From the NCBI GenBank assembly GCA_030679995.1, contig JAUXSK010000006.1:10328-74327 (forward strand): a stretch of DNA of 64,000 bases, written 5' to 3'. Below the pieces are notes generated by a model that was given only the letters and a program-made list of their open reading frames with translations, was not told the origin of the DNA and searched no databases. The position numbers and the translations under genes are program-made. Origin of the DNA: Candidatus Moraniibacteriota bacterium. GTDB lineage: Bacteria; Patescibacteriota; Minisyncoccia; Moranbacterales; UBA2206. The stretch's first letter is position 1; each line of letters begins with the position of its first letter. Shown in pieces: positions 1 to 9,763 of this stretch.

Positions 1-830
1 ATATCCTGCATGTTGCCGCCTGCCAGGTCCAGGCGAACGCCAAGATACTTTTGCCGCAAAACGACCAGGAGAAATGCGGTTTTCCGTTCACTGAAGATAA
101 TCTGGAAAAAATTACCAAGAAAGACGTGGGTCTGCTGGGATGGATCGCCTATGGCGCGGAATTACTTTTTGCCATAGCTTTTTCCGCTGTCGGCTACTAT
201 TTGATAACGCGCCGCGCTTTCCGGGAAAAAGATGGAAGAAAGCGGATTTTTTTCGCGGTCATATTCGCATATTGCGTTTCATTATTGCTCGTGTCTTTCC
301 CTTTCGGCAGGGAGATAAGCCTGCGCTACTTCATCCTGACGGCGTTCGTGCCGTATCTTTTTGTGGCATTGCTCGTGGAGTGGTCGATGGCAAAAACCAA
401 GCCTGCCGTCGTCTGGTCTTTCGTCGGAGCGGTTTTTTTCTATAACCTATATTTTTGCGCGCAGGTTTTCAGCACGTATGCCGGCAGTTCCGGGAATATG
501 ATCGACGGGAGTATGCCGCAAGCCAAGTCGATGGCGGAATATTTAATGGAAAGCTCGGCTCCGCACCGGAGTTTCCAAGTCGGCGGAAAAAACACCGACC
601 TAGGCAGGTTTGTCGACAGGGCTTCATATTTCGTCAATGGGGCAGGAATGTCGATTATCGAACTGGATGATCAAAAAAATGTGGATCCGGAGCTCCCGTT
701 TTTCGTGGCGGTCAGTGAAATGTCAAAAAAATGCCAGATAGCTTCACGTTACAAAGACTACGGGGAAATCGAGGCTTGCAAACAAATAGGGGAGGTGACC
801 ATTTTGAAAATCCGTACGGAGGAAAAATAG
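1..830 (+). CDS. GT-C fold membrane glycosyltransferase (ArnT/PMT-like), C-terminal part; 5' end lies outside the window
   Basis: Frame 3 is open from window position 3 with no stop, so the ORF continues upstream of the listed Met at 51. The sequence is multi-TM and hydrophobic with a soluble C-terminal domain. Its architecture and C-terminal region resemble the two downstream paralogs at 949 and 2820. Confidence 0.55.
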   Translation, partial: ILHVAACQVQANAKILLPQNDQEKCGFPFTEDNLEKITKKDVGLLGWIAYGAELLFAIAFSAVGYYLITRRAFREKDGRKRIFFAVIFAYCVSLLLVSFPFGREISLRYFILTAFVPYLFVALLVEWSMAKTKPAVVWSFVGAVFFYNLYFCAQVFSTYAGSSGNMIDGSMPQAKSMAEYLMESSAPHRSFQVGGKNTDLGRFVDRASYFVNGAGMSIIELDDQKNVDPELPFFVAVSEMSKKCQIASRYKDYGEIEACKQIGEVTILKIRTEEK

Positions 831-948
831 CCCCATCCTGCACGACGGAGGCGATAGCGCGGGTGTGTTTTCTAGCTTGTGCACTCTGCTTGTTTTGTGA
901 TATTGTCGGGTAGAAAGGGCTGTAAGCGGTTAATTAATTTATTTTTTT

Positions 949-2796
949 ATGGACAATCTTAAGGAAATCATCCGGAAACATCGGACCCTGATCGTACTAT
1001 CGGCCATCCTAGCCGTAGCGGTATTTCTTAGACTGTATAATTTAGGTGAATGGCTTTTTTTCCAAGCTGATCAGGCGCGTGACCTGAATCTGGTCGCCCG
1101 GGCGATCGATAGGGGGCCGGAATATTTGCCACTTCTCGGGCCGAAAGCGGGTGGAACGTTCTTGCGCCTGGGTCCGGTTTTCTATTATTTCGAATATCTG
1201 GCCGCTTTGATTTTCGGCTTGGGCAGTCCGGCCGTCACGGCATATCCTGACTTGTTTTTTTCGATATTATCCGTTCCGCTGTTATTTTTATTTTTGAAGG
1301 AATTTTTTTCAAAAAAATATTCCTTGCTTTTGACGGCCGGATATGCCGTGTGCTTTTTTGAGATCCAATACGCCCGCTTCGCCTGGAATCCTAATTCATT
1401 GCCGTTTTTCAATCTGCTCTTTTTCTATGCCGCATTTAAGATTTTTCAGACGGATGATCAAAAAGCTAAAACTTGGTGGGCGGTCCTGATCGGCGTCGCA
1501 TATGCGATAGTCAGCCAATTGCATTTTGTAAGCCTATTGAGTTTGCCGATCGCGTTAGTCGTTATTTTCTTGATCCGCAAGATTTTTTTCAAAAACAAAC
1601 GCGAAAAATGGTGGAAATATGCGGGCATAATAGTCCTGATTTGCATCGTGCTGTATATCCCGGCCATCTTGAGCGATATCCAGACTGATGGGAATAATGC
1701 GCTTAATTTCCTGAAGTCGCTCGCAGAGAAAGGTGATGGATCTTCCAATCTGGTTTCATTACTATCGAAGGACATATTCGTATTTTCAAAATACCTATTG
1801 GTCATACTTTCCGGCATCGTGGACGCTTCAAAATCGACGATAAACATTTTCAGCGGAACGCTTGTCCTATTTGCGATAGCCGGAATCGTCGCGTTTAAAA
1901 AAGAAACTGACAAGGAGCGCAGATTCTTCATCTCATTGGTGTTCATATGGTTCGTAGCCTATTTCATAACTTATGTTCCGCTTGGATCAAAGTTGCAGCC
2001 GAGGCATTTTTTGGTCATCCTTCCGTTAGCTTTTGTTTTTGTCGGCGCTTTGGCATATGCTTTGGAAAAAATAGCCAAATCCAGATATATGGCGCATATG
2101 GCGCTGGCCATATTACTTATGCCTATCATTGCTAATGCCTATAGCATGCAGGTTTGGTTCGCTGAAATTGCCGATTCCCAGAAGAAAATATCGACCTACC
2201 GGAAGTCGTCTTTATTGAAATCGGTCGGCGGCGAATCTTGGTGGCATCTGGAAAGAACCGCGGAATTTATGCGCGATGATTGTGATAAAAACAAAATGGT
2301 TATTATACTGCCCAAAGAAAGCTACCGGAGCTTGTATGATTACGCGATGGAATATGTGGGGGAAAAAAGGCCCTATAGCATACAATGGGGATCATTTGAC
2401 AGGAAAAATGACGCCTGTTTCTATGTGATCGGGTTTGCGAAAAACGATATATCCGACAGATTCGGAGGCGTGCTTCAAAAAATAAGATATGTCCATTTCG
2501 GGGATGTGGCGGTGACGCGTTTCGATATCGCCAATGATCCGGATATTAAAAATATCAAGAATCCGTTTAAAAAAAGCGGCGGCAAAGAAATCGAAGTCGG
2601 ATATTATAGCGATATGGCTGCGGCTGATCCCGGCTACATTTCTGAGGATGAAAGCAGCAGCAACGATAGCGCGGAGGATGTCGCCGGCACGGATGGCGAT
2701 GTTGATTCATCCGGAGATGCAAATTCATTCCTGGATAGTGTCGGACGGGAGGAGCGTCTTTTTTGGAAAGATCTGTTTGACGGCAAGACCGAATAA
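949..2796 (+). CDS. GT-C fold membrane glycosyltransferase (ArnT / protein-O-mannosyltransferase-like, GT39/GT83-like)
   Basis: 615 aa polytopic membrane protein. The N-terminal segment is 'LRLYNLGEWLFFQADQARD...LGPKAGGTFLRLGPVFYYF', i.e. an acidic first-loop motif after TM1 typical of GT-C enzymes, with 'WNPNSLPFF' also present. The soluble C-terminal domain ends in an acidic Ser/Asp-rich tail. It is clearly paralogous to the 2820 ORF ('LGPKAGGT', 'FAWNPNS', 'AYPDLFFS'). Confidence 0.65.
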   Translation: MDNLKEIIRKHRTLIVLSAILAVAVFLRLYNLGEWLFFQADQARDLNLVARAIDRGPEYLPLLGPKAGGTFLRLGPVFYYFEYLAALIFGLGSPAVTAYPDLFFSILSVPLLFLFLKEFFSKKYSLLLTAGYAVCFFEIQYARFAWNPNSLPFFNLLFFYAAFKIFQTDDQKAKTWWAVLIGVAYAIVSQLHFVSLLSLPIALVVIFLIRKIFFKNKREKWWKYAGIIVLICIVLYIPAILSDIQTDGNNALNFLKSLAEKGDGSSNLVSLLSKDIFVFSKYLLVILSGIVDASKSTINIFSGTLVLFAIAGIVAFKKETDKERRFFISLVFIWFVAYFITYVPLGSKLQPRHFLVILPLAFVFVGALAYALEKIAKSRYMAHMALAILLMPIIANAYSMQVWFAEIADSQKKISTYRKSSLLKSVGGESWWHLERTAEFMRDDCDKNKMVIILPKESYRSLYDYAMEYVGEKRPYSIQWGSFDRKNDACFYVIGFAKNDISDRFGGVLQKIRYVHFGDVAVTRFDIANDPDIKNIKNPFKKSGGKEIEVGYYSDMAAADPGYISEDESSSNDSAEDVAGTDGDVDSSGDANSFLDSVGREERLFWKDLFDGKTE

Positions 2797-2819
2797 TTTT
2801 TTTAAAAATAATCCTGCGT

Positions 2820-4445
2820 ATGTATAAATTTTGGCAAAATCTGACCCTAGGAAAAAAAACGATCCTAATTTTGGCCGTTATCATACTGGCCGGTTTTATT
2901 TTCCGCACGTATAATTTTTCCGAATGGCTGCGGTTCAATATGGACCAATCGCGCGATATCAGCGTGGTTGAAGATTCAATCATGGAAAATTCCTGGCCTT
3001 CCCTCGGACCGAAAGCGGGTGGCACCGATTTCAAGCTCGGGCCGGCTTTCTACTATTTCCAAATCATCTCGGCTAAGATATTCGGCGCCACTCCCGAAGC
3101 GGCCGCGTACCCGGACCTGTTTTTCTCCTTGCTTTCGATCCCGCTATTTTTCCTATTAGCCAGGATTTATTTCAACCGGCCTATCTCATTGTCGCTGGCT
3201 TGGCTGTTTTCAATCTCATATTTCGTCATAAAATATTCCCGCTTCGCTTGGAATCCGAATTCAACCCCGTTTTTTACGATGCTTTTCCTCTATGCCGTCT
3301 ATCGCATCGGCGACTCGCAAGGAAGTAGGAAGATCTGGTGGGCGGTTATAGCGGGTGTCGCGATGGGAATCGGCATCCAGCTCCACACCACGCTATTGAT
3401 AATTATGCCGATCGGCGCGCTGTTTTTCGCATATTACCTTTTCAAGGACGGATCACTTACGAAAGGTTGTGTTATCGCGGTTGTGGCCGGAGCATTGTTA
3501 GTCAACGCTCCCCAAATCGCCAGCGAGCTTCAAACGGGCGGAATGAATACGCGCATTTTCATCCTGAGCGTTACTGAGAAAAATGAGCGCAATACCAGTA
3601 TGTTGGATAATTTAGCTTTGGATGTGTCTTGTCATATCCGGGCCAATTATGGCATCCTAGCTGCCTATGGCAATGAAGAAGAATGCGGATATGGCGACCT
3701 TGTGAATCGGATGGAGAAGTTGGATAGTAAAAGGGTTCCGTTGGCTGACAAGGCCATCTTCGTAGTATACGTATTTGCAGCGGCAGTCTTTTCCATCGGA
3801 GGGTATTATCTCGCGTTCCGTGAGTTAAAAAAACAAGAAGACAAGGCGAAAAAACTTTTTGCCAAATTGGCGGCGACTTATACGATCCTGACTTTCCTAT
3901 TTTTCATAGTCTGGGCGACCGAATTGTCGATGCGTTTTTTCTTGATTTTGGAATTCGTCCCGTTCCTTCTTCTGGGATTCTGGCTGAAATTCTTGTGGGG
4001 AAAAGCGGATAGGCGCTGGTTAGCGATCGCGCTGGTCATCGTGGCTTCATTTTTCAATTTGCAAAAAAACTTTGCGGTTTTCCGCGATTTGCAGTTCGGC
4101 GGGCGCGAAATCAACGGTGATTTCGAATATATCACCTTGGGCGAGGTGGATTTCATAGTGGGATATATGCGGGACAATGTCGCCGGGGGTAAAACTGCGT
4201 ATGTTGACGCGCAGGCTGGGTATCTTTTTAAATCATTGAAATCTTTGCGTTTCGTCGCGAAAAAATCGGATTTGGAAGTGGTCGAATTGAGCGAGGACGT
4301 GAAATTGGCGGGCGGATCGCAATTGTTCTATTTGAGGAATGCCGAGGAGAAATGCGAATTGCCGTCCAAGGTTTCGAAAAAATATGAAATTAAAAACTGC
4401 TCAGTTTATCGGCAGTTTTCAGTCTTTGATTTGAGGGTGAAGTAG
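2820..4445 (+). CDS. GT-C fold membrane glycosyltransferase paralog (ArnT/PMT-like)
   Basis: 541 aa with 'FNMDQSRD', 'LGPKAGGTDFKLGPAFYYF', 'AAYPDLFFSLLSIPLFF' and 'RFAWNPNSTPFF' shared with the 949 ORF. This is a tandem paralog. Confidence 0.65.
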   Translation: MYKFWQNLTLGKKTILILAVIILAGFIFRTYNFSEWLRFNMDQSRDISVVEDSIMENSWPSLGPKAGGTDFKLGPAFYYFQIISAKIFGATPEAAAYPDLFFSLLSIPLFFLLARIYFNRPISLSLAWLFSISYFVIKYSRFAWNPNSTPFFTMLFLYAVYRIGDSQGSRKIWWAVIAGVAMGIGIQLHTTLLIIMPIGALFFAYYLFKDGSLTKGCVIAVVAGALLVNAPQIASELQTGGMNTRIFILSVTEKNERNTSMLDNLALDVSCHIRANYGILAAYGNEEECGYGDLVNRMEKLDSKRVPLADKAIFVVYVFAAAVFSIGGYYLAFRELKKQEDKAKKLFAKLAATYTILTFLFFIVWATELSMRFFLILEFVPFLLLGFWLKFLWGKADRRWLAIALVIVASFFNLQKNFAVFRDLQFGGREINGDFEYITLGEVDFIVGYMRDNVAGGKTAYVDAQAGYLFKSLKSLRFVAKKSDLEVVELSEDVKLAGGSQLFYLRNAEEKCELPSKVSKKYEIKNCSVYRQFSVFDLRVK

Positions 4446-4452
4446 GGAAGTA

Positions 4453-5973
4453 TCAAGCTCCGGGTTCGTTGCCGGAAAGTTCCTGTTCGATATCTTCTTT
4501 TTTGCGCTTCTTCACCAAAGACATAAAGTGGTTTATGTCTTTTTCGGTCAAGCCCTTCATCAGATAGAGAGTGAAGAGATAGACGGCGAAAATTATGGCC
4601 GCGGTCGCGATGAAAAAATACCGGCCGGATGGTAAAATAATGGTAAGTAGATAAGCGAACGCGCCGGTGAGCGCGACTTTGGAGGTTTCGCCGAGGCCGA
4701 GGCCGGCATCAAAATATTTTTTAGTCCAATAAAGCATCAGAAGCATAATAGCGAAAGAGGTGGCGGTCGTGGCGTAGGCGGAACCAAGGATGCCTAATTT
4801 ACGGATAAGCCAATAATTAGTCGCGATGTTCAGGGCCAGGCCGGCGAAGGAAATCCACATAGCCGTCTTGGTTTTTCCGGCGCCGTTCATTGCGAAACTG
4901 AGCACATAAAAAATCGTCAGGCAACCGACGCCGTAGACCAGGATCGCCATCGGCTCCGCACCAGCCAGATATTTCCGGCCATAGAGCAGTTGGAGGATTT
5001 CCTGGGAATAGGCGGACATCAGGACGATCATCGGCACCAGTAAAATCAGCATAATGCGCAAAGCGTTGTCGATGATGTTTTTGGCATTTTTGAAATTGCC
5101 ATTGACGCTAGCCTTGGAAACCATCGGCAACAAGAAAACAGTCATCGCGTAAAAAATATAATAGGGGATGCGTCCGACGGTAAGAGAGGCATTATATATG
5201 CCGGTCAGGGCGTCATCGCGCAAGATCGCTTGGACCATATATAAATCGATGCTGATCAACAGTTCGTAGGCCAGGAAAAAAACCACCACTTGCCAGCCGT
5301 AGTTGACCAGCTTGCGCCAATTGAAGTCGGTTTTGCCGGCCGTGGAAATCTGTTTCTGTTTTTCCAGTGCCGGGGAAACTTTGAATTTATCGATCAAGTA
5401 GGCGATCGCGAAAACTGAAAAAGGCGCGATGACATAGCCGGAAATCGAACCCTTGAGACCGAAAATGAAAGCCAATCCGACGACGAAGGCGATGCGGAAA
5501 ACGGACCGGATGGTTTTGAGGGTGGCCTGGGTATTGAACCGGTGCAGGCCGGTGTAGTAGGAAAAATAGAAAGAAGCGGCGGCGAAAGCTGGGATAATCA
5601 GGGTTGAGAAACGGAAGAGGGGAGCTAGAGTCGGATCGCCGAGTGCGGCGGCAATTAGGCCGGCGCTGGCATAGAAAACGACCGTGATGGTGCCGACGAT
5701 CAGGGTTTGCAGGATGATGGCCTGTTTTTTGATCCGCAAAACCAGGCGCGGGTCGGTTTCGAAAATTTCACTGATATATTTGGCCATAGCGGTCGGGATG
5801 CCGTTGCCGATAAGGACGATCACCATCGTAGTGAGGGTGATGACGAGGCCGTAGCGTCCGTAGTCTGCCGGGCCCAAAACGCGCCCCAGGATACTATGGA
5901 TGATGAAACCGGACAGATTGAAGATGATTTCGGAAAACGTGACCCAGAGAGCGGATTTTGCGATGCTTGACAT
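4453..5973 (-). CDS. MOP-superfamily oligosaccharide/polysaccharide flippase (Wzx/MurJ-like, 'polysaccharide biosynthesis protein')
   Basis: 506 aa with about 12-14 TM helices and a Gly/Ala-rich hydrophobic profile typical of Wzx-type flippases. It is embedded among glycosyltransferases. Confidence 0.65.
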   Translation of the reverse strand: MSSIAKSALWVTFSEIIFNLSGFIIHSILGRVLGPADYGRYGLVITLTTMVIVLIGNGIPTAMAKYISEIFETDPRLVLRIKKQAIILQTLIVGTITVVFYASAGLIAAALGDPTLAPLFRFSTLIIPAFAAASFYFSYYTGLHRFNTQATLKTIRSVFRIAFVVGLAFIFGLKGSISGYVIAPFSVFAIAYLIDKFKVSPALEKQKQISTAGKTDFNWRKLVNYGWQVVVFFLAYELLISIDLYMVQAILRDDALTGIYNASLTVGRIPYYIFYAMTVFLLPMVSKASVNGNFKNAKNIIDNALRIMLILLVPMIVLMSAYSQEILQLLYGRKYLAGAEPMAILVYGVGCLTIFYVLSFAMNGAGKTKTAMWISFAGLALNIATNYWLIRKLGILGSAYATTATSFAIMLLMLYWTKKYFDAGLGLGETSKVALTGAFAYLLTIILPSGRYFFIATAAIIFAVYLFTLYLMKGLTEKDINHFMSLVKKRKKEDIEQELSGNEPGA

Positions 5974-6007
5974 AATGTTGATTTAGGTGTATAATACAAT
6001 ATCGTGC

Positions 6008-6640
6008 CTAACTTTGAGCCTGTGCTATTTTTTCCTTTATTTCGGCAAAGACGGTTTCTGGGTAGCGGTTGCCATCGATTATCTCGGCACCGGTGAAATT
6101 TTGGAAATATTGATCATATAATCTTTTTTTATCAATGAGGTATTGCAGTCCTTGGTCCGGCTGGCGCCGGCGTCGCATTATCGCTTCCGGGTCAGTGTCG
6201 AGATAGAACGAAGTCGGATTCCCAATTTCCAATTTTGAAATTTTAAGAAATTCGCTTTTTTCCAGATAGCGGATATTGACGATATTGTCCCAAAAAAACC
6301 GGTCACTGAGGATATAGTCGTAATTTTCTTTGCGCAACCTGTCGCTTAACGAGCTGAATCGCCGCAGGTCGATCAGGAGCGCCAGTTTCCGGAGCTGGAT
6401 TCGGATCCAATCGGCTTTCGTGACACTTTTTTTGATATGTGGCTGAGCCTGGCATAATCCTTTTATTTTACAAATCAAGCAATATTTTTTCTTTAATTCC
6501 GCCAATTTGGTGGCGATGCCGAATTCGATGGCATGGAAATAAAAAACCCGCTTACCTTGCGATTCAAGATAAGTTTTGAGCATTTGGATTTGGGTGGATT
6601 TGCCCGATCCGTCCAATCCGGAGATAGTGATTATGTTCAT
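6008..6640 (-). CDS. tmk: thymidylate kinase-like P-loop kinase (dTMP kinase family)
   Basis: N-terminal 'IITISGLDGSGKSTQ' matches the GxDGxGKST Tmk P-loop. 'SDRFFWD' is a DRY-like motif and 'FYLDTDPEAIMRRRR' is Tmk LID-like. There is an unusual CxxC-containing insert ('YCLICKIKGLC'). Confidence 0.5.
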   Translation of the reverse strand: MNIITISGLDGSGKSTQIQMLKTYLESQGKRVFYFHAIEFGIATKLAELKKKYCLICKIKGLCQAQPHIKKSVTKADWIRIQLRKLALLIDLRRFSSLSDRLRKENYDYILSDRFFWDNIVNIRYLEKSEFLKISKLEIGNPTSFYLDTDPEAIMRRRRQPDQGLQYLIDKKRLYDQYFQNFTGAEIIDGNRYPETVFAEIKEKIAQAQS

Positions 6641-6865
6641 ATTTCGGTGGAATTATAGTAATATACGCGTGTGAGCCGGGTGTTTGCGATCGCATCAAAA
6701 TCATAACACAAATGGGCAACTAAGCCAATAAATTGGTGGGTGTGGATAGTGTTAAATGGGATAAATATGATTGCTTTATCCTCCGTATGATTTTTGTGGA
6801 ATAAAAAACGCCTCAACCTTGCGGTAATATTGGCGAAAATTGATGGTTTATCCATCCTTGTTTTA

Positions 6866-7066
6866 CTAATCTGGCATTGTTTCCCAGACCGATATGTCGT
6901 TCTTGAAACCGGCATCGGCATACATCTGATTCGCGAGTTTTTCAGACATCTTCGCAATTATGATCATTCCTTCCTTATCGCTATGCGTAATCGGCGCATC
7001 GTGTTTCAGTAAAAATACAAGGACTTTGTCATAGTCCTCAAAAGAACATACGGAAATATGCATCAT
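6866..7066 (-). CDS. hypothetical small protein (66 aa)
   Basis: The ORF is preceded on the - strand by a canonical Shine-Dalgarno AGGAGG 9 nt upstream of ATG (revcomp of 7067-7085 'gttcatatcctcctggc'). The protein has mixed hydrophilic composition. No recognisable family. Confidence 0.35.
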   Translation of the reverse strand: MMHISVCSFEDYDKVLVFLLKHDAPITHSDKEGMIIIAKMSEKLANQMYADAGFKNDISVWETMPD

Positions 7067-7118
7067 TGTTCATATCCTCCTGGCTTGGATTTTGTTTTAT
7101 GTCAGTGTCGTTTAATTT

Positions 7119-8612
7119 TCAATACATCAGCACCGCTACCGGTTCCATTTTGGCTACGGCTTTCACGATTTGGTTATCTTCCATCCCGGCGATGACTTCC
7201 TCCACGTCTTTATAATAGGAGCTGTCTTGCATTATGACGCCTGAAGATTTGGCGTTGAAAAGTTTGACATGGCTCTTCTTCATTTTTTTGAAAAGCGTTT
7301 CCTTATCGAGTGACGCATCGGCCAAGGGATTTTTCCGGCGACCGGTCCCATGGCTGGCTGAAAAGAAGCTGGATTGATTGGCATCGGTACCGGCGCAGAT
7401 ATAGGCCGGGGTGCTCATCGAAGATGGGATGAAAACCGGTTCCCCAGTCTGGGAGAAGAGCGGATGGTTCATCCGGGCCGGGCCGTTGGCGCGCACGGTG
7501 CCATTGCGATGCACCCAGACGTCCTTGCCGAAATGGTTTTTTTCACGATGGACGAAAACGTGGGGCATATCATAGAGCATATCAAGCTCAGGATTTTTGT
7601 CCAGAACCTTTTCAATCGCCATATCCAGCTGATGGGTAAGGATGGAGCGGTTGGCGTAGCCTTGGTTGGCGGCGGCGTTGTGGGAGGTTATGAATAGTTT
7701 GCCTTCCAGGCTTTGGTCGTCGTAGGAAAAATATTCTTTGGCATCCTTGAAAGATTCAATTTTTTTCCACAAGGCTTTGAATTCTTTCTTGTAGTCGGTT
7801 TGGAAAAGAAATTTGCCGATTTCCAAAATTATTTTCTGGCTCAGGTGTTCCTTTCGCTTGGGGGTGTAGAGGTAGGAAGCGTATTGTCCCAACAGTCCGG
7901 AACCGGTATGCAAGAGGAAGATGTATTGTCCTTCTTTCAAACCGAATTTTTCGGCGATTTCCGGATCGCGGATTTCGGTGACTTTCATCAGGTCCAGGAA
8001 ATGGTTGCCGGCGGCGCCCAAGATGCCCAATCGGTATTGGCCGATATGCAAGAATAATTTGGGAATCGCGTTGAGGATCTCTTTTTCGGTCGGAATTTCT
8101 GAGAAAAAATTGCCGCCGGCAAAAGTATTTTCAATTTCATTTTTGGTGCGCATTTTGAAAAAATCGCGGACCGGCTCCACGCCTTTGCGGCAGATATCCA
8201 TTATCAAAGAATAGGGGACCTTGGTGCCGACATAGGCTTTGGTGGGGATGACACGCACCAATTCCTGGAAAATCCGGTCGATATTCCCGGAAGTCAGATC
8301 GGCATCGGTAAGATTGGTTTTCAAAAAACGCATCCCGCAATTGGGCGCAGTGTCGTTGATTTGCGGCAAAAGATGGTGCTCGGAGGCGATGACGGTGCCG
8401 GTGGGATTTTTGCGTCCCTTCTTGCTGTGCACGTCGCTCATCGCGGCTACGTGATGGAAAATATGCGGATCGGAGGCGACGCCTTCAATTTCAGCCAGCG
8501 TAGCGTCGCTGGGCATCAGGTCGTCGGAAACATGCAGGATGGCCGGTATTTCCATCGCGTCGGTTTTAAATTCCTTTTTATGGGCGGAGAGGTTTTTGAT
8601 TTGATAAGACAT
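7119..8612 (-). CDS. rtcB: RtcB-family RNA-splicing ligase (3'-phosphate/5'-OH RNA ligase)
   Basis: 'AAMSDVHSKKGRKNPTGTV' matches the RtcB metal-binding 'AMPDVHxGyG' motif. 'NDTAPNCGMRF' matches 'NDI.CGxR', and 'SASHGTGRRK' matches the RtcB 'HGAGR' motif. Start set at the internal ATG (8612..8610, 'MSYQIKNL') because the longer ORF-track start (8774) overlaps the upstream GT4 gene and adds a Lys-rich low-complexity N-terminus. Confidence 0.8.
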   Translation of the reverse strand: MSYQIKNLSAHKKEFKTDAMEIPAILHVSDDLMPSDATLAEIEGVASDPHIFHHVAAMSDVHSKKGRKNPTGTVIASEHHLLPQINDTAPNCGMRFLKTNLTDADLTSGNIDRIFQELVRVIPTKAYVGTKVPYSLIMDICRKGVEPVRDFFKMRTKNEIENTFAGGNFFSEIPTEKEILNAIPKLFLHIGQYRLGILGAAGNHFLDLMKVTEIRDPEIAEKFGLKEGQYIFLLHTGSGLLGQYASYLYTPKRKEHLSQKIILEIGKFLFQTDYKKEFKALWKKIESFKDAKEYFSYDDQSLEGKLFITSHNAAANQGYANRSILTHQLDMAIEKVLDKNPELDMLYDMPHVFVHREKNHFGKDVWVHRNGTVRANGPARMNHPLFSQTGEPVFIPSSMSTPAYICAGTDANQSSFFSASHGTGRRKNPLADASLDKETLFKKMKKSHVKLFNAKSSGVIMQDSSYYKDVEEVIAGMEDNQIVKAVAKMEPVAVLMY

Positions 8613-8640
8613 AAATGGACCGTTAAGACGGATTAAATAC

Positions 8641-9762
8641 TTATAATTTTTCGTAAATTTTTTCGTAGACGGCGGCGACTTTCTTGATATCGAAATTTTC
8701 TTCGCAGAATTTCCGCCCTTCTTCACCGAGGATTTTTCTTTTTTCCGGGTGGTCTTGCAGGTTGAAAATTTCATCGGCTAATTCCCGGATATTTCCGGCA
8801 TGGACGGTGATGGAGTTTTTTTCATTAGCGAATTCTTTGAGGATCGGCAAATCGGAAACGATCACTGGTTTTTTGCAGGCCATCGGTTCTACGGCGGCCA
8901 GCGGGATGTCGAATTTTCCGTGCATATTCCGAACGGGGAAAATGACGATGTCGGAGAGGTTGTAGAGCTTGGCCATATCGGAGAAGATGTCAATAAAAAC
9001 CACGCGGTCCAATACCTTGTTTTCAGTGAATTTTTTGACCACCCATTCCTTTTTAGCTATCGCTGCGGGATCATTTTTCAGGCGGAAAGCTAAAATTATC
9101 TTTATATTCCTTTCCCTGAATTTTTCGGCTTGTCCGATCACCATTTCCACCATATCATCCGTAGCTCCCAGTCTGACATATTCACCCGCGAAGGTTACGA
9201 TAAAGTCTTCCTTGGTCAGTCCTAAATCATCCAAAATCCCGAGATCTTTCTCTTGGGGAGAATAATATTCCAGGTCGATTCCGGGATAGACCCGCTTGAC
9301 ATTTTTGAATCCCAGGCTGTTAAGTTTGTTTTTAGCATAGTCCGAATAAGTTATGATGAGATCGGCAAAAAGCATTTCTGCGTAATCCTTGTCTTGGAAC
9401 AAATCTTCGCGCAAAGTGGCGATGGTCTGGATGGTGCGGGCTTTTTTGTCCTTCACGAAAGTTTTGAAACCGAAAGCATTGAGTTTGTTGGGGGTGAGCA
9501 TAAAATGCATAATATCGAAATCTTTTCTGATGCGCATCAGCTTCAATAGACGGGCGCGTTGCAGCCAAGAAAGGTGGTTGGAGGTGTAAATCGGCCTTTG
9601 GCGCACGCTGGATGGCAGATCAGGCACGAGACCATTGGTTAAAAGATTAATTTCCACGCCGGAAATATTACGCGCCAGATAGTAAGCGAAATTTTTGGAA
9701 GCTTCGTCCCAAGGCGGGGCGATGGGCCGCGTGACCAGTAATATTTTTTTACGGATAGTCAT
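8641..9762 (-). CDS. GT4-family (GT-B fold) glycosyltransferase
   Basis: 373 aa with GT-B two-Rossmann-like organisation and a C-terminal EX7E-like region ('EPMACKKPVIVSDLPILKEF'). Lies in a glycosyltransferase context. Confidence 0.7.
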   Translation of the reverse strand: MTIRKKILLVTRPIAPPWDEASKNFAYYLARNISGVEINLLTNGLVPDLPSSVRQRPIYTSNHLSWLQRARLLKLMRIRKDFDIMHFMLTPNKLNAFGFKTFVKDKKARTIQTIATLREDLFQDKDYAEMLFADLIITYSDYAKNKLNSLGFKNVKRVYPGIDLEYYSPQEKDLGILDDLGLTKEDFIVTFAGEYVRLGATDDMVEMVIGQAEKFRERNIKIILAFRLKNDPAAIAKKEWVVKKFTENKVLDRVVFIDIFSDMAKLYNLSDIVIFPVRNMHGKFDIPLAAVEPMACKKPVIVSDLPILKEFANEKNSITVHAGNIRELADEIFNLQDHPEKRKILGEEGRKFCEENFDIKKVAAVYEKIYEKL

Positions 9763-9763
9763 A

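Noticed and set aside
6637-6957. 106-aa minus-strand ORF overlapping the 66-aa SD-bearing ORF
   Set aside because: Arg/Cys/His-rich, no RBS, and it overlaps the tmk-like stop. The alternative-frame 66-aa ORF with a perfect AGGAGG site explains the region better.
8613-8774. Lys-rich 54-aa N-terminal extension of the RtcB ORF (ORF-track start at 8774)
   Set aside because: The extension overlaps the 3' end of the upstream GT4 gene (stop at 8641) in another frame and is low-complexity. The internal ATG at 8612 gives a normal RtcB N-terminus directly after the GT4 stop, so the extension is treated as an ORF-caller artefact.
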